Assembly (NCBI RefSeq): GCF_000017845.1
Contig: NC_010546.1
Span: 4,560,001-4,592,000 of the forward strand
Direction of reading: 5' to 3'
Length of the DNA stretch: 32,000 bases
Source: Crocosphaera subtropica ATCC 51142
GTDB taxonomy: Bacteria; Cyanobacteriota; Cyanobacteriia; Cyanobacteriales; Microcystaceae
Shown: piece by piece, positions 18,550-28,091 of the stretch
Layout: every line of letters begins with the position of its first letter
Position numbering within the stretch: position 1 is the stretch's first letter
The notes under the pieces: model-generated
Databases searched by the model: none
What the model saw: the letters and a program-made list of their open reading frames with translations, nothing else
Told to the model about the DNA's origin: nothing
Translations under genes and position numbers: made by a program

Positions 18550-19089
18550 TTAATGGAAAAAATTTGCCGTTATTTTTCTCTTAAAATATACACCAAAACT
18601 AAAAAGCATCAATCCTATCCACGATGTCGGTTCAGGAACTTCTCTAACAGTAACACTAACTGACTCATCGGTAAAAATGGAGTCATTATCCTGACTAATG
18701 ACTCCCAGATTAATATCCACATTTTCACTATCATAACTCGAAGTAAAATCAGTGGAGGAGATCGTTAGCATATCAGGATTTCCTGCCATATATTCCAGTA
18801 TAAATAAATCATTTAAGTTGTGCGTAAAATCAGTGAAAGTTGAGTTTCCTGCAAAAAAACTCATTTCATACTCAAAAACTTCATTGCTATCGGGATCAGA
18901 GAAGTCATAGACAATTTTATTGTCTCCATTTTTGTCTTCTCCTGTGAATGTTCCCGTGACTTCTCCACCACCTTGCCATCCTGATTGAGAGAATTCAAAG
19001 GTTAAAGCATTGGCGGGTCTACTTCCTATGGCAATAGCAATGGTCAATCCTGTTGTCCCAATTGACAAGGACTGTATTAATTTTTTCAT
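18550..19089 (-). CDS. PEP-CTERM sorting-domain secreted protein (paralog B)
   Basis: Start trimmed to MKKLIQSLSIGTTGL (ATG is the reverse complement of 19087-19089) by homology to paralog A. The C-terminus is VPEPTSWIGLMLFSFGVYFKRK. Confidence 0.85.
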   Translation of the reverse strand: MKKLIQSLSIGTTGLTIAIAIGSRPANALTFEFSQSGWQGGGEVTGTFTGEDKNGDNKIVYDFSDPDSNEVFEYEMSFFAGNSTFTDFTHNLNDLFILEYMAGNPDMLTISSTDFTSSYDSENVDINLGVISQDNDSIFTDESVSVTVREVPEPTSWIGLMLFSFGVYFKRKITANFFH

Positions 19090-19286
19090 AATGATAAAAA
19101 CTTCCAAATAATTACTGTCAGCAATAAGCACACGTTTCTACTACCAGTCTATTTAATTTCTCTCTTTCAAAAAATAAGCTTTTCTAACTTCTATAAAGGT
19201 GTAAAAATATTACGTTTAAAAACTCAATTTTTCTTAAAATTTTGTAGCACAAAAATAATAAAATAATTAAATTGTGATACTTCCAT

Positions 19287-19318
19287 CAAAACAAAGCTCC
19301 TGTCAATAAAACAGGAGC
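19287..19318 (-). terminator. Rho-independent terminator of the DEAD-box helicase gene
   Basis: The minus strand reads GCTCCTGT-TTTATTG-ACAGGAGC followed by TTTGTTTTG, 27 nt after the stop. Confidence 0.7.
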
Positions 19319-19344
19319 AATAAACATTAAATTTCTATTAGTTT

Positions 19345-20787
19345 CTAACGACTTTGCTGATGGGTGACAATCTTGCGATTACCTCGGTTAGAGTTGCCAT
19401 TGTGTTTAGAATGATTAGAGTTATACTTACCTTTGCGTTTAATGACGGGCTTAGGTACAGTCGATTCTGGTACTTCCCAATCTGTTTTCATCCAGTCGGG
19501 ACAGTCTTGATCATAGATCATTTGTAAAGCAGCAGCCGCGATCGCTTGGGGATCATATTCGTCACTTAATTCCCGTACTAAGGGTAAAAACGAGGCCATT
19601 CGCTCTCCTGCTAAAGATTCTTTAATTTCATTTTGCAGTTTTTCTAGGCGTTTCGCCTCAACCTGAGAACGACTAGGTAGCTTACAAGTTTCTAGCTTTT
19701 GTCGCAGTCTCTTTTCAATTTGTCGTACCATACGGCGATCAATAGGTTCTACTAAAGAAATAGCAGTTCCTGTTTTCCCTGCTCTTCCAGTACGACCAAT
19801 ACGATGAATATAGGTTTCACTATTATCGGGTAGGTCGTAATTAATAACGTGGCTTAAATTTTCCACGTCTAATCCTCGTGCAGCGATATCAGTGGCTACT
19901 ACTAATTTAATTTTCCCCTCTCGGAAGCGATGGACTAATCTTTCTCGTTGGGACTGAGAAAGGTTCCCATGATATTCATCCACACTATGACCAATTTCTT
20001 GAAGTTTACTGGTCAAGTCTGAGGCGGTTTGTTTGGTACGAACAAAGATAATAGCCGACTCAGGATCTTCGATTTCTAGGATAGGTTGGAGGGCTTTGCG
20101 TTTTGACCATCCTCTCGGCACCATATAGAGATGCTGATCAATTCGTGTCGGAGCAGCTTGAGTGCGTTCAACCGAGACGGTAACGGGAGACTTGAGGAAC
20201 TGATTAACTAAGTCTCTTATTTCCCTAGGCATCGTCGCTGAGAAACAAGCGGTATTACGAGCGTCGGGGGTTTTTCTCAGAATGGTTTTGACATCATCAA
20301 TGAAACCCATACTTAACATTTCGTCGGCTTCATCAAGAACAGCCCAGCGTAAAGAGTCTAAGACTAATTTTTTTCTTTCTAATAAGTCGATAACTCGTCC
20401 TGGGGTTCCGACAACAATTTGTACTCCCCGTTCTAAACTACGGATTTGTCGTTCGATAGATTGACCGCCATAAACCGTTAAGATGTAAAGGCGACGTTCT
20501 GTTGAAAAGTCTTTTAAGGCTTCAGCAACTTGTTGAGCAAGTTCACGAGTTGGGGTTAAAATTAACGCTTGAACGTTGGAATTTCTAGTGTCAATTTGTT
20601 CAAGTATTGGTAAGGAATAGGCTGCGGTTTTTCCTGTTCCTGTTTGAGATTGTCCTAGGACATCATGCCCTTCTAATAGTAAAGGGATTGCTTTTTCCTG
20701 AATCTCGGTAGGACTTTCAAATCCGAGGGTTTGTAACTGGTTAATGCGGGCTTCGGATAGTCCTAGGTTCTCGAAAGAAATGGTCAT
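19345..20787 (-). CDS. DEAD-box ATP-dependent RNA helicase (CrhR/DeaD-like)
   Basis: Q-motif GFESPTEIQ, motif I SQTGTGKT, motif II DEAD, motif III SAT and motif VI HRIGRTGRAG, with a basic C-terminal tail. Confidence 0.9.
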   Translation of the reverse strand: MTISFENLGLSEARINQLQTLGFESPTEIQEKAIPLLLEGHDVLGQSQTGTGKTAAYSLPILEQIDTRNSNVQALILTPTRELAQQVAEALKDFSTERRLYILTVYGGQSIERQIRSLERGVQIVVGTPGRVIDLLERKKLVLDSLRWAVLDEADEMLSMGFIDDVKTILRKTPDARNTACFSATMPREIRDLVNQFLKSPVTVSVERTQAAPTRIDQHLYMVPRGWSKRKALQPILEIEDPESAIIFVRTKQTASDLTSKLQEIGHSVDEYHGNLSQSQRERLVHRFREGKIKLVVATDIAARGLDVENLSHVINYDLPDNSETYIHRIGRTGRAGKTGTAISLVEPIDRRMVRQIEKRLRQKLETCKLPSRSQVEAKRLEKLQNEIKESLAGERMASFLPLVRELSDEYDPQAIAAAALQMIYDQDCPDWMKTDWEVPESTVPKPVIKRKGKYNSNHSKHNGNSNRGNRKIVTHQQSR

Positions 20788-20947
20788 AAGGTCGTTTTTG
20801 TTGGTAAGTTGACTATGGTTTAAACGTTTAGAAAGTGCAGCTAGATTTTTTTATAGTGGCTTTTCAAACTGCTTATTATTGTGACTTATGTTAGCATAAG
20901 TTTTTGTTAGTTTCCACTATGATTTTTACGGAATTCAATGTTTCCGT

Positions 20948-22261
20948 TTAGATAACTTTTCCATAGAGATCGTAAACATCAGCATCAGTAATTTTTACGG
21001 GAATAATTGAATTTAATTGTCCTTCTCCTTCAACATAAACAACTCCATCTACTTCAGGGGCAAATCTAATTGAACGTCCGATATATTCTTGGGTTGTGGG
21101 GTTTTCTTGTTCAATTAATACTTCTACTGTTTGCCCAACACATTTTTGATTTTTCTTAGCAGCAATAGGTTGTTGGATTTCCATTAAATAGTTACGTCTT
21201 GCTTGAGCTATTTCTGAGGGAACTTGGTTGGGCATCTGATAAGCTGGGGTTTCTTCTTCAGGAGAAAAAGTAAATACCCCAACGTGATCGAATTCGTGTC
21301 GTTGAACAAAGTTAATTAAATGCTCAAAATGTTCTTCTGTTTCTCCAGGGAATCCCACGATAAAGGTGGTTCGCAAAATGGCATTCGGAATTGATTGTTT
21401 TAGCCTTTCAATAATATTATCGTTGACCTGTCCTTGCCAGGGACGATTCATGGCTTTTAAAATAGCAGGATGAGAATGTTGTAGAGGTAAATCCAAATAA
21501 GGTAGAATATTCGGGGTATCTCGGATAGCATCGATGACTTTCGGGGTCAATCCTGTAGGATAAGCGTAATGAATGCGAATCCAAGGGATATCTACTTTAC
21601 CTAATGCCCTTAATAGTTCAGCTAGTTTGGGTTCTCCATACAGGTCTAAACCGTAATTGGTAGTAATCTGAGAGATAAGAATAATCTCTTGCACCCCTTG
21701 GTCTGCGAGTTGTTGAGCTTCGGTTACAATAGATTCTATGGAACGCGATCGCTGATTACCTCGCAAATGAGGGATGATACAAAAAGCACAACGATAATCG
21801 CATCCTTCTGCTACCCGAAGGTAAGCAACCGCTTCATTGGTTGTGCGATAACGAGGAGTCATTTCGTCAGCCACAAATGTCGGATTTTGAGACACTTCTG
21901 TGACCCTTTCTCCAGTTTCTACCCGTTGAATGACTTCTGCAATTTTCTGATAGTCTCCCGTTCCCACTAAGGCAACAGCTTCTGGCAATTCTTCTAATAA
22001 TTGCTCTTGAAAATGTTGCGCCATGCAACCGGAGATAATAATTTTCTTATTCGCTTCAGCCAATTCGACTAAAGTTCGGACGGACTCTTCTCTTGCCTCT
22101 TGAATAAAACTACAGGTGTTAACTATAACGTAGTCAGCTAATTCTTCGTTAGCATCGATAGAGTATCCTTGCTGTGCTAGTATACCTAGCATATGTTCTG
22201 AATCTATACGATTCTTCTCACAACCGAGGTGAGATACGGAAATGGTTGGCTTGTTGCCCAT
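20948..22261 (-). CDS. rimO: Ribosomal protein S12 methylthiotransferase RimO (radical SAM)
   Basis: MTTase N-domain (SLGCxKN-like [14 protein letters not shown]), radical-SAM CDYRCAFC motif and a C-terminal TRAM domain. 437 aa. Confidence 0.88.
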   Translation of the reverse strand: MGNKPTISVSHLGCEKNRIDSEHMLGILAQQGYSIDANEELADYVIVNTCSFIQEAREESVRTLVELAEANKKIIISGCMAQHFQEQLLEELPEAVALVGTGDYQKIAEVIQRVETGERVTEVSQNPTFVADEMTPRYRTTNEAVAYLRVAEGCDYRCAFCIIPHLRGNQRSRSIESIVTEAQQLADQGVQEIILISQITTNYGLDLYGEPKLAELLRALGKVDIPWIRIHYAYPTGLTPKVIDAIRDTPNILPYLDLPLQHSHPAILKAMNRPWQGQVNDNIIERLKQSIPNAILRTTFIVGFPGETEEHFEHLINFVQRHEFDHVGVFTFSPEEETPAYQMPNQVPSEIAQARRNYLMEIQQPIAAKKNQKCVGQTVEVLIEQENPTTQEYIGRSIRFAPEVDGVVYVEGEGQLNSIIPVKITDADVYDLYGKVI

Positions 22262-22521
22262 GTATTATTTGGTTTTACCCCTTGTCTTCCACTGGGGCGA
22301 AAAACCAAGTAAATCCTTTTTGTAGCCTTTTGGCTAGGAATGGTATTTGGGATACTGGCTTGCCCCTTTTGTACTCTTAATGTATCTTAACAGATTTTTT
22401 CTCAGAAGGGAAGTCTTGAGAAGAAAATTATTTAGTTATTTATTATTCACAGGATTAATAAGTGCCTCTCCTTAGTCAGAAGAGGCCCGAAACCCGGCAA
22501 AATCCCGATCAATCATTATGA

Positions 22522-23829
22522 CTAAGCTGATTCTGGGGTTACCATCGAAGAGGGATGTAATAATAACTCAGAGGTTGATCGCTGTTCTACCATTTCTTTG
22601 GTGATCATACATTTTTGGACATCTTTACGGGAGGGTAACTCGTACATCACATCTAACATTAACTCTTCAACAATTCCCCGTAAGGCTCTCGCTCCTGTTT
22701 TCCGTCGATAGGCTTCTTGAGCGATCGCCTTAACTGCCTCTTGACTAAATTCTAGTTCCACATTATCCATGTTCAAGAGTTTCTGGTATTGCTTGACCAA
22801 GGCATTACGAGGCTTGGTTAAAATAGCAACCAGGGTTTCTTCTGTTAAGGGGTTTAAGGCAGCCATTACGGGAATTCTTCCTACAAATTCGGGAATCATC
22901 CCAAATTTGACCAAATCATCCGGTTCGACTCGCTGCATTAAATCTGCTGCCCGTTTTTCTTTTGACTGTCCTTCCCCTGGACGAACAAACCCCATAGACT
23001 TCTTGCCGATGCGTTGTTCGATGACTCGTTCTAAACCAACAAACGCCCCACCGCAAATAAATAAAATGTTACTGGTATCAATTTGAATACAATCTTGATA
23101 AGGGTGTTTGCGGCCTCCTTGAGGGGGAACATTAGCCACTGTTCCTTCTAGCATTTTCAAAAGGGCTTGTTGTACCCCTTCTCCAGACACATCGCGAGTA
23201 ATAGAGGGGTTTTCACTTTTACGGGCAATTTTATCGATTTCATCAATGTAAATAATTCCCCGTTGGGCTTCTTCCACATCGAGATCGGCCACTTGGAGTA
23301 ATCGAAGGAGTATATTTTCTACATCTTCCCCTACATATCCTGCTTCTGTTAAAGTGGTGGCATCAGCTACAGCAAAAGGAACTTCTAATACCTGTGCTAA
23401 GGTTTGGGCAAGAAGGGTTTTTCCTGAACCCGTCGGACCCATAAGTAAGATATTCGATTTTTGCAGTTCAATGTTGTCCTCATCATTTTTCCCCTGCACC
23501 AGACTGAGACGCTTATAGTGGTTGTAAACAGCGACCGAAAGAACTTTTTTAGCCTCATCTTGACCGATCACATACTCGTCAAGATAATCTTTAATCTCCA
23601 TAGGCTTTGGCAGTTCTTTGAGGGATGTGCGAGTTTTGGGATTACCAGGGCGAACTGGTTCTTTGGTCATAGGACCATCCGGTCTGATTAGTTCCTCATC
23701 TAAAATTTCGTTACACAGTTCGACACATTCATCGCAGATGTAGACTCCCGGGCCAGCGATTAGCTTTCTTACTTGCTCCTGGGATTTTCCACAAAATGAA
23801 CATTTTAGGTGGGAGTCGTATTTAGACAT
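22522..23829 (-). CDS. clpX: ATP-dependent Clp protease ATP-binding subunit ClpX
   Basis: N-terminal zinc finger CSFCGK...YICDEC, Walker A GPTGSGKT, Walker [10 protein letters not shown] and the pore/IGF-region layout. Confidence 0.95.
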   Translation of the reverse strand: MSKYDSHLKCSFCGKSQEQVRKLIAGPGVYICDECVELCNEILDEELIRPDGPMTKEPVRPGNPKTRTSLKELPKPMEIKDYLDEYVIGQDEAKKVLSVAVYNHYKRLSLVQGKNDEDNIELQKSNILLMGPTGSGKTLLAQTLAQVLEVPFAVADATTLTEAGYVGEDVENILLRLLQVADLDVEEAQRGIIYIDEIDKIARKSENPSITRDVSGEGVQQALLKMLEGTVANVPPQGGRKHPYQDCIQIDTSNILFICGGAFVGLERVIEQRIGKKSMGFVRPGEGQSKEKRAADLMQRVEPDDLVKFGMIPEFVGRIPVMAALNPLTEETLVAILTKPRNALVKQYQKLLNMDNVELEFSQEAVKAIAQEAYRRKTGARALRGIVEELMLDVMYELPSRKDVQKCMITKEMVEQRSTSELLLHPSSMVTPESA

Positions 23830-23840
23830 AAGCGGTTGGG

Positions 23841-24530
23841 TTAGTTGAGTGAGGTTACAGGGACAGTCGGATCGGACAAATCTGGCCGAGAAATGACTTG
23901 ATCAATCAAACCATAATCTACTGCTTCTTGGGCTGACATAAAAAAGTCTCGTTCCGTATCAGCAGCGATCGTTTCAAGGGGTTGTCCTGTATGCTCAGCC
24001 AGCATATCGTTCAGCCGTTTTTTGATGTAGAGAATTTCTTTGGCTTGAATTTCTATTTCCACGGCTTGGCCTTGTGCGCCCCCTAGGGGTTGGTGAATCA
24101 TGATACGAGAACTGGGTAAGGCCATACGTTTCCCTTTGGCTCCTCCTGAAAGCAAAAAAGCTCCCATACTAGCAGCCAGTCCAAAACAAATGGTGACTAC
24201 ATCAGGACGTATTTGCTGCATCGTATCATAAATAGCTAATCCTGCATAGACAGATCCTCCTGGAGAGTTAATGTAGAGTTGAATGTCTTTTTCAGGATCT
24301 TCTGCATCTAAAAATAACAGTTGAGCGACGATAGAGTCAGCCACTTGGTCATCAACGGGAGTTCCAAGAAAGACTATTCTCTCCCTTAGGAGTCTTGAAT
24401 AGATATCAAAGGCTCTTTCCCCTACGCCAGACTGTTCTACCACCATCGGTACCACGTTTTTGGCGGTAGCGTAAATTTCTGAGGGACGCTTACTGGATAT
24501 AGTGTGATCTAGCGATCGCGATTGAATCAT
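23841..24530 (-). CDS. clpP: ATP-dependent Clp protease proteolytic subunit ClpP, in the cyanobacterial clpP-clpX operon arrangement
   Basis: Motifs [19 protein letters not shown], catalytic-Ser context [11 protein letters not shown] and HQPLGG. It lies 11 nt upstream of clpX. The true start may be an internal Met (MVVEQ). Confidence 0.93.
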   Translation of the reverse strand: MIQSRSLDHTISSKRPSEIYATAKNVVPMVVEQSGVGERAFDIYSRLLRERIVFLGTPVDDQVADSIVAQLLFLDAEDPEKDIQLYINSPGGSVYAGLAIYDTMQQIRPDVVTICFGLAASMGAFLLSGGAKGKRMALPSSRIMIHQPLGGAQGQAVEIEIQAKEILYIKKRLNDMLAEHTGQPLETIAADTERDFFMSAQEAVDYGLIDQVISRPDLSDPTVPVTSLN

Positions 24531-24761
24531 AGCCTTTAGGATTGGGTCGAAAATAATATTTATAAACGTTGGACATTAACGGTAAAACCTCTGTTGAGCT
24601 TACCGTTGGCGGTCACAGGATGGTAGCCTAAGGACCGACTTGATTTAATTATAAGTCTTATTCTGGAATTTTGTTTCTTTTTCAGCAACCCTTGCGGGCG
24701 TGATGCTCTCTATTATTTCTCATTACTTATACTTTAACACATTTTCAAAATTGATTATCCC

Positions 24762-25859
24762 TTACATTTTTATTTCTTCTAATACTCTTGTAATCACTTC
24801 GGAGGGAACCCCTTCCCTAATTTCTACCTGGCCGATATCCGTCGGTAAAATAAAGCGAACTTTTCCTGCTTTTACTTTTTTATCTAGTTGTAAACTTTCT
24901 AGAATAGCTTGAGATTTCAAGGGGTAATCAACTATTACCGGTAAAGCAGCTTTTTGAATGATATTTTTTTGCCTTTGGCTCATTTCTTCTTTCCACATTC
25001 CTAATTTTACTGCTATTTTCCCTGCTGCTACCATGCCGAGTGCCACGGCTTCTCCATGATTAATTTCACGATAGCCGGTTAAACTTTCTAAAGCATGACC
25101 AATCGTATGGCCATAGTTTAAAATGGCTCTAAGCCCTGCTTCTTTTTCGTCTTGACTCACGACATCAACTTTTGCTTGACAAGACTGGGTAATAATTGTT
25201 TGTATTGTTTCTAAATTAATACTATCTAAACTATCTAATTTTTTTTGTCTTTCTAACTGATTAAATAAACCTTGGTTCCAAATTACTCCATATTTAATCA
25301 CTTCGGCCATTCCTGCTCTAAATTCTCTGACAGGTAATGTTTTTAAAACTATCGGATCGATCAACACTAAACGGGGTTGATAAAAAGCACCAATTAAATT
25401 TTTTCCTTGAGGGTGATTGACCCCTGTTTTTCCTCCAATAGATGCGTCTACCATTGCCAATAAAGAGGTAGGAACTTGAATAAAATTAATGCCTCTTAAC
25501 CAAGTTGCTGCAGCAAACCCTGTCATATCTCCGATGACTCCACCTCCCAAGGCTAATAAGGTCGATGCTCTTTCTAAACGATGTTTTAAAGCAGTATCAT
25601 AAATCTTAGAAATACTGTCTAAAGTTTTATAAGTTTCTCCTGCTGGAATGACATGGGAAAATACTTTGAACCCTGCTTGCTTGAGTGAATTAATGACTAT
25701 TTCTCCATAGTAATCAAAAATTTCTGGGTTAGAAATCACCAAAATTTTTTGCTCTAAGTTCAGTGAGGTTAGATGTCTGCCTACACTCCCTAAACTGTTG
25801 GGAGAAATAATGATATTGTAGCTTGTCTGGGGTAAATTAACTTGAATGACAGAGGACAT
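24762..25859 (-). CDS. aroB: 3-dehydroquinate synthase (AroB)
   Basis: Motifs [44 protein letters not shown] and HGEAVALGM. 365 aa. Confidence 0.93.
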   Translation of the reverse strand: MSSVIQVNLPQTSYNIIISPNSLGSVGRHLTSLNLEQKILVISNPEIFDYYGEIVINSLKQAGFKVFSHVIPAGETYKTLDSISKIYDTALKHRLERASTLLALGGGVIGDMTGFAAATWLRGINFIQVPTSLLAMVDASIGGKTGVNHPQGKNLIGAFYQPRLVLIDPIVLKTLPVREFRAGMAEVIKYGVIWNQGLFNQLERQKKLDSLDSINLETIQTIITQSCQAKVDVVSQDEKEAGLRAILNYGHTIGHALESLTGYREINHGEAVALGMVAAGKIAVKLGMWKEEMSQRQKNIIQKAALPVIVDYPLKSQAILESLQLDKKVKAGKVRFILPTDIGQVEIREGVPSEVITRVLEEIKM

Positions 25860-26017
25860 AAATTTTGATTAATACTGAATCTATTCAGAATTATCCAATA
25901 GATAAAAAATTGATCGATTTCAAGGGGTTGGTGTCAAAACTGAGATAGAATTGATAGATAACGTTACAATTTTTAACTATAATATTAAGATGATCGATAT
26001 CATCTTTTAAAAATCCT

Positions 26018-26149
26018 ATGGAACCTGCAACTGTTTTAAGTATCGCTATTGGCTCAATTCTTCTTGTCATCACTGGATTTGCCATTTACACAGCATTTGG
26101 ACCTCCATCTGCTCAGTTAAGTGATCCTTTTGAAGATCACGAAGATTAA
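26018..26149 (+). CDS. psbN: Photosystem II protein PsbN (43 aa). Absent from the ORF track because it is under 60 aa.
   Basis: My own translation gives [43 protein letters not shown]. This closely matches the conserved PsbN sequence (ME.ATVLSI...TG.A.YT.FGPPS..L.DPF.DHED). Confidence 0.9.
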   Translation: MEPATVLSIAIGSILLVITGFAIYTAFGPPSAQLSDPFEDHED

Positions 26150-26216
26150 AGTATCTCATCAGGATTATAAGGCTTTCCCTTCAAATCTACAAGAGATTAA
26201 ACTAAATTAAACAATT

Positions 26217-26252
26217 GGTTGAGTTAATTATTAGAAACGCTCAACCTTTTTT
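26217..26252 (+). terminator. Probable rho-independent terminator of psbN
   Basis: GGTTGAG-N16-CTCAACC followed by TTTTTTC, 68 nt after the psbN stop. The loop is rather large. Confidence 0.6.
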
Positions 26253-26560
26253 CATTGGTTATTGATAAAGTTTAGTTTGGTTTAGCTCATCTAAATTTGT
26301 TGATAAATAATATTAATGAATAATAATTTTTAAGTTTATTTTTCCTATATTCTGTTCAACCTTATAAAATCTTACTCAAGAAACAAAATCAGCAAAATTT
26401 TAATAACGAGGTTGCGCCCTTCTAGACACTTGTGATAAGATTTGAATGGAGAATGAAAGTGCCGTTCTGTCCGAAATTCGATTTTAATCAAATGAGTCAA
26501 TATTTTTTGTCAAGATTGAAGGGATGGTTAAAGTAGAAAAACTTAGAACAAAATCACTAC

Positions 26561-28042
26561 ATGGCACGACCAAGTAAGTTAAAATATGATCGTGGAACTT
26601 TAATCTTACATCCACCCCCAAAAGGTAAAGCTTGGATTGATTTCGCCACCTGGGATGATCGCATTGAAAAGTTTAGGGTTCCTGCTATTTATTATCGAAC
26701 CTTAATCGAAATCTTAGAAGCTAATAGTCTTAGCTTAATTGATGAGGCTAAAGACTTTTTTCCTTTAGATTTAACCCCTAGTTTTGAGAGGGAACCTTAT
26801 CCCCATCAAACGGAAGCGTTAGAGGCTTGGAAACGTTCAGGAAGGAAAGGGGTCGTTGTGTTACCTACGGCCGCAGGAAAGACCTATTTAGCCCAGTTAG
26901 CCATGATAGCTACGCCTCGTACTACTTTAATTATAGTACCAACCTTGGATTTAATGCACCAATGGTATGCTCAAATGAGTGCAGCCTTTCCTGACATTGA
27001 GGTGGGGTTATTAGGAGGAGGATCACGGGATCGCACCCCTATTTTAATTGCAACTTATAATAGTGCAGCTATTCACGCAGAAACGCTAGGAAATCGTTAC
27101 GCATTACAGATATTTGATGAATGTCACCATCTTCCTACGGATTTTTTTCGTGTTATTGCAGAATACTCTATTTCGCCTTATCGCTTAGGCTTGACTGCCA
27201 CCCCAGAAAGGGCTGATGGTAGTCATCGTGACTTAGATAGTTTAATTGGTGAGGTAGTTTATCGCAAGGGAGTTAAAGAACTTGCGGGGGGAACTTTAGC
27301 GGATCATGAAGTAATAGAAATTAAGGTTAAACTATCACAAACAGAACGAAAACATTATGATAATGCAATCCAAATTCGTAATAATTTTTTACGCAAGTCT
27401 AATATTTCTTTAAGTAGTCTGAATGGCTGGCAAATTTTCGTTAAAGCGAGTGCCAGAAGTCCAGCCGGAAGACGGGCAATGTTAGCCCATCGAGAAGCCA
27501 AAGAAATAGCAGCAGGTACAGAAGGAAAATTAAGAGTCTTGGCAGAATTAGTGTGTGAACATCATCAAGATTCATTGTTGATTTTTACCAATGATAATGC
27601 TACGGTTTACCGCATTTCTCAAGAGTTTTTAATTCCTGCCATTACCCATCAAACCCCAGTTAAAGAACGTCACGACATCTTAACACGGTTTCGAGAAGGC
27701 ATTTATAAAAGTTTAGTCACTTCTCATGTTTTAAATGAAGGGGTTGATGTACCAGAGGTAAAGGTTGCTATTATTATATCGGGAACCAGTTCGGCACGGG
27801 AATATGTTCAAAGGTTGGGTCGTATTTTGCGGAAAGGAAAGGGAAAAAATAAGTTAGCAACCCTTTATGAAATTGTGGCAGAAGACACCAGCGAGGAAAG
27901 AATATCACAGCGTAGAAAGGAAGGAACAAAAACTCTGAAATCTCAACAATTAGAATTGTTACCCTCAAGGTATGAAATGAAGTCAAAAAAGTCGTTGCGT
28001 GCTGCTGAGTCATCTAAGAAGATATGGGGAGAAGAAGAGTAA
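26561..28042 (+). CDS. XPB/Rad25(Ssl2)-like superfamily-2 DNA helicase
   Basis: N-terminal pattern LKYDRGTLIL...WDDRIEKFRVPAIYYR (XPB damage-recognition-domain-like). Motif I LPTAAGKT, motif II DECH, motif III LTATP and motif VI QRLGRILR. Confidence 0.85.
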   Translation: MARPSKLKYDRGTLILHPPPKGKAWIDFATWDDRIEKFRVPAIYYRTLIEILEANSLSLIDEAKDFFPLDLTPSFEREPYPHQTEALEAWKRSGRKGVVVLPTAAGKTYLAQLAMIATPRTTLIIVPTLDLMHQWYAQMSAAFPDIEVGLLGGGSRDRTPILIATYNSAAIHAETLGNRYALQIFDECHHLPTDFFRVIAEYSISPYRLGLTATPERADGSHRDLDSLIGEVVYRKGVKELAGGTLADHEVIEIKVKLSQTERKHYDNAIQIRNNFLRKSNISLSSLNGWQIFVKASARSPAGRRAMLAHREAKEIAAGTEGKLRVLAELVCEHHQDSLLIFTNDNATVYRISQEFLIPAITHQTPVKERHDILTRFREGIYKSLVTSHVLNEGVDVPEVKVAIIISGTSSAREYVQRLGRILRKGKGKNKLATLYEIVAEDTSEERISQRRKEGTKTLKSQQLELLPSRYEMKSKKSLRAAESSKKIWGEEE

Positions 28043-28091
28043 TTATCTATGATAAAATTTGTTCTATGGATTAAAAGATAAATTTAATAAT

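Noticed and set aside
19090-19131. 14-aa N-terminal extension of the second PEP-CTERM gene
   Set aside because: The paralog at 16971-17531 starts at the equivalent MKKLIQSL, and DNA identity between the paralogs ends just upstream of that ATG.
22440-22521. Hairpin GCCTCT-N11-AGAGGC downstream of clpX as a terminator
   Set aside because: The stem is only 6 bp, the loop is large, and the minus-strand orientation has no U-tract. It is too weak to call.
25891-26085. 64-aa minus-strand ORF from the track
   Set aside because: It lies antisense to a near-perfect psbN reading frame (26018-26149, +) and its sequence is not protein-like. It is a shadow ORF.
26425-26436. Exact 12-mer GACACTTGTGAT shared with the CRP-site region (6029-6040), upstream of the XPB helicase
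   Set aside because: By my rough estimate, tens of exact 12-mer pairs are expected by chance in 32 kb. The second copy also lacks the TCACA half-site (TGTGATAAGATTTGAA), so it is not a credible CRP operator.
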